Source of the DNA: Macrostomum lignano
Taxonomy: Eukaryota
Length of the DNA stretch: 64,000 bases
Reading direction: 5' to 3'
Assembly: GCA_002269645.1 (NCBI GenBank)
Contig: NIVC01002016.1
Span: 1-64,000, forward strand
The translations under genes were made by a program, and so were the position numbers. Numbering within the stretch: position 1 is the stretch's first letter; every line of letters starts with the position of its first letter. Of this stretch, positions 63,481 to 64,000 are shown in pieces. The notes under the pieces were generated by a model. The model was not told the origin of the DNA. It saw nothing but the letters and a program-made list of their open reading frames with translations, and did not search any database.

Positions 63481-64000
63481 GGATTCGAAACCGGATTCAC
63501 TCAAAAAACTTGTACTTGTATTATTTTATTTGCAAAACTTTGGTGTGAGCTGATAATAACGGCCTGAACTACTGGTTTGCAGTAGTCTGTTTGCGCATTG
63601 TTGACTGCTTTGAGAGTGGCACTTATGGAGAGTTGAACCGGTACATTATTTATTGTACATGGTAAATTATGGATACATACATATTATGGCAGGGTGAGTT
63701 TTTGAAAAAAATGTGTACTCATTTGCTTTGTCTCTTTATCTTCCATTGCTGTCTCCTTCTCTCTTCTCTACTTCTGCATTTACCTCCCTATCCCCCTCCT
63801 TTCTCCCCTCCCCTCTGTATCTCCCTCCTCTTTCTATCATTTGTCATTTTCTATTTTAATTCTACTGAGACTTGATCTCGAACACTGTTTACTCAGAATA
63901 AAAAAATACGAGCGCGTAAAGTTGCGCGAAAAAGTTTCCTGCAATCCCAAATTGATTGAAGAAGTTGAAGCTTTGCTTATAGAATGGGTTTCAATGGTCT

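Overview
Eukaryotic (metazoan) genomic DNA, not prokaryotic. Its GC-rich exons with Gly/Ala/Gln runs sit between huge, diverse minisatellite arrays, a style resembling the free-living flatworm Macrostomum (species assignment is inference). Roughly half the window (hand tally about 31 kb) is tandem repeat, and most long ORFs in the supplied track are repeat artefacts. Reconstructed by hand from splice sites and reading frames: (1) the decayed right end of a Polinton/Maverick-like element (major and minor capsid remnants, repeat-rich terminus ending ...TCTACT at 2099); (2) an orphan two-exon 199-aa gene whose 4.75-kb intron is one minisatellite; (3) an MS4A/CD20-like four-TM gene with an intronless CDS on the minus strand; (4) a cGMP-dependent protein kinase gene (37051-49651) with two alternative leucine-zipper first exons resembling vertebrate PKG I-alpha and I-beta, and a 1-nt frameshift in the kinase Gly-rich loop; (5) a five-exon tachykinin-receptor-like GPCR (55161-59557) with a GC-AG intron and a decayed mariner in intron 1. 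Also present: a CORE-type SINE, a ~500-bp foldback inverted repeat, a pair of inverted minisatellite arrays, and several arrays of different unit length sharing the near-palindromic core TAGATTAGCAATCCA.
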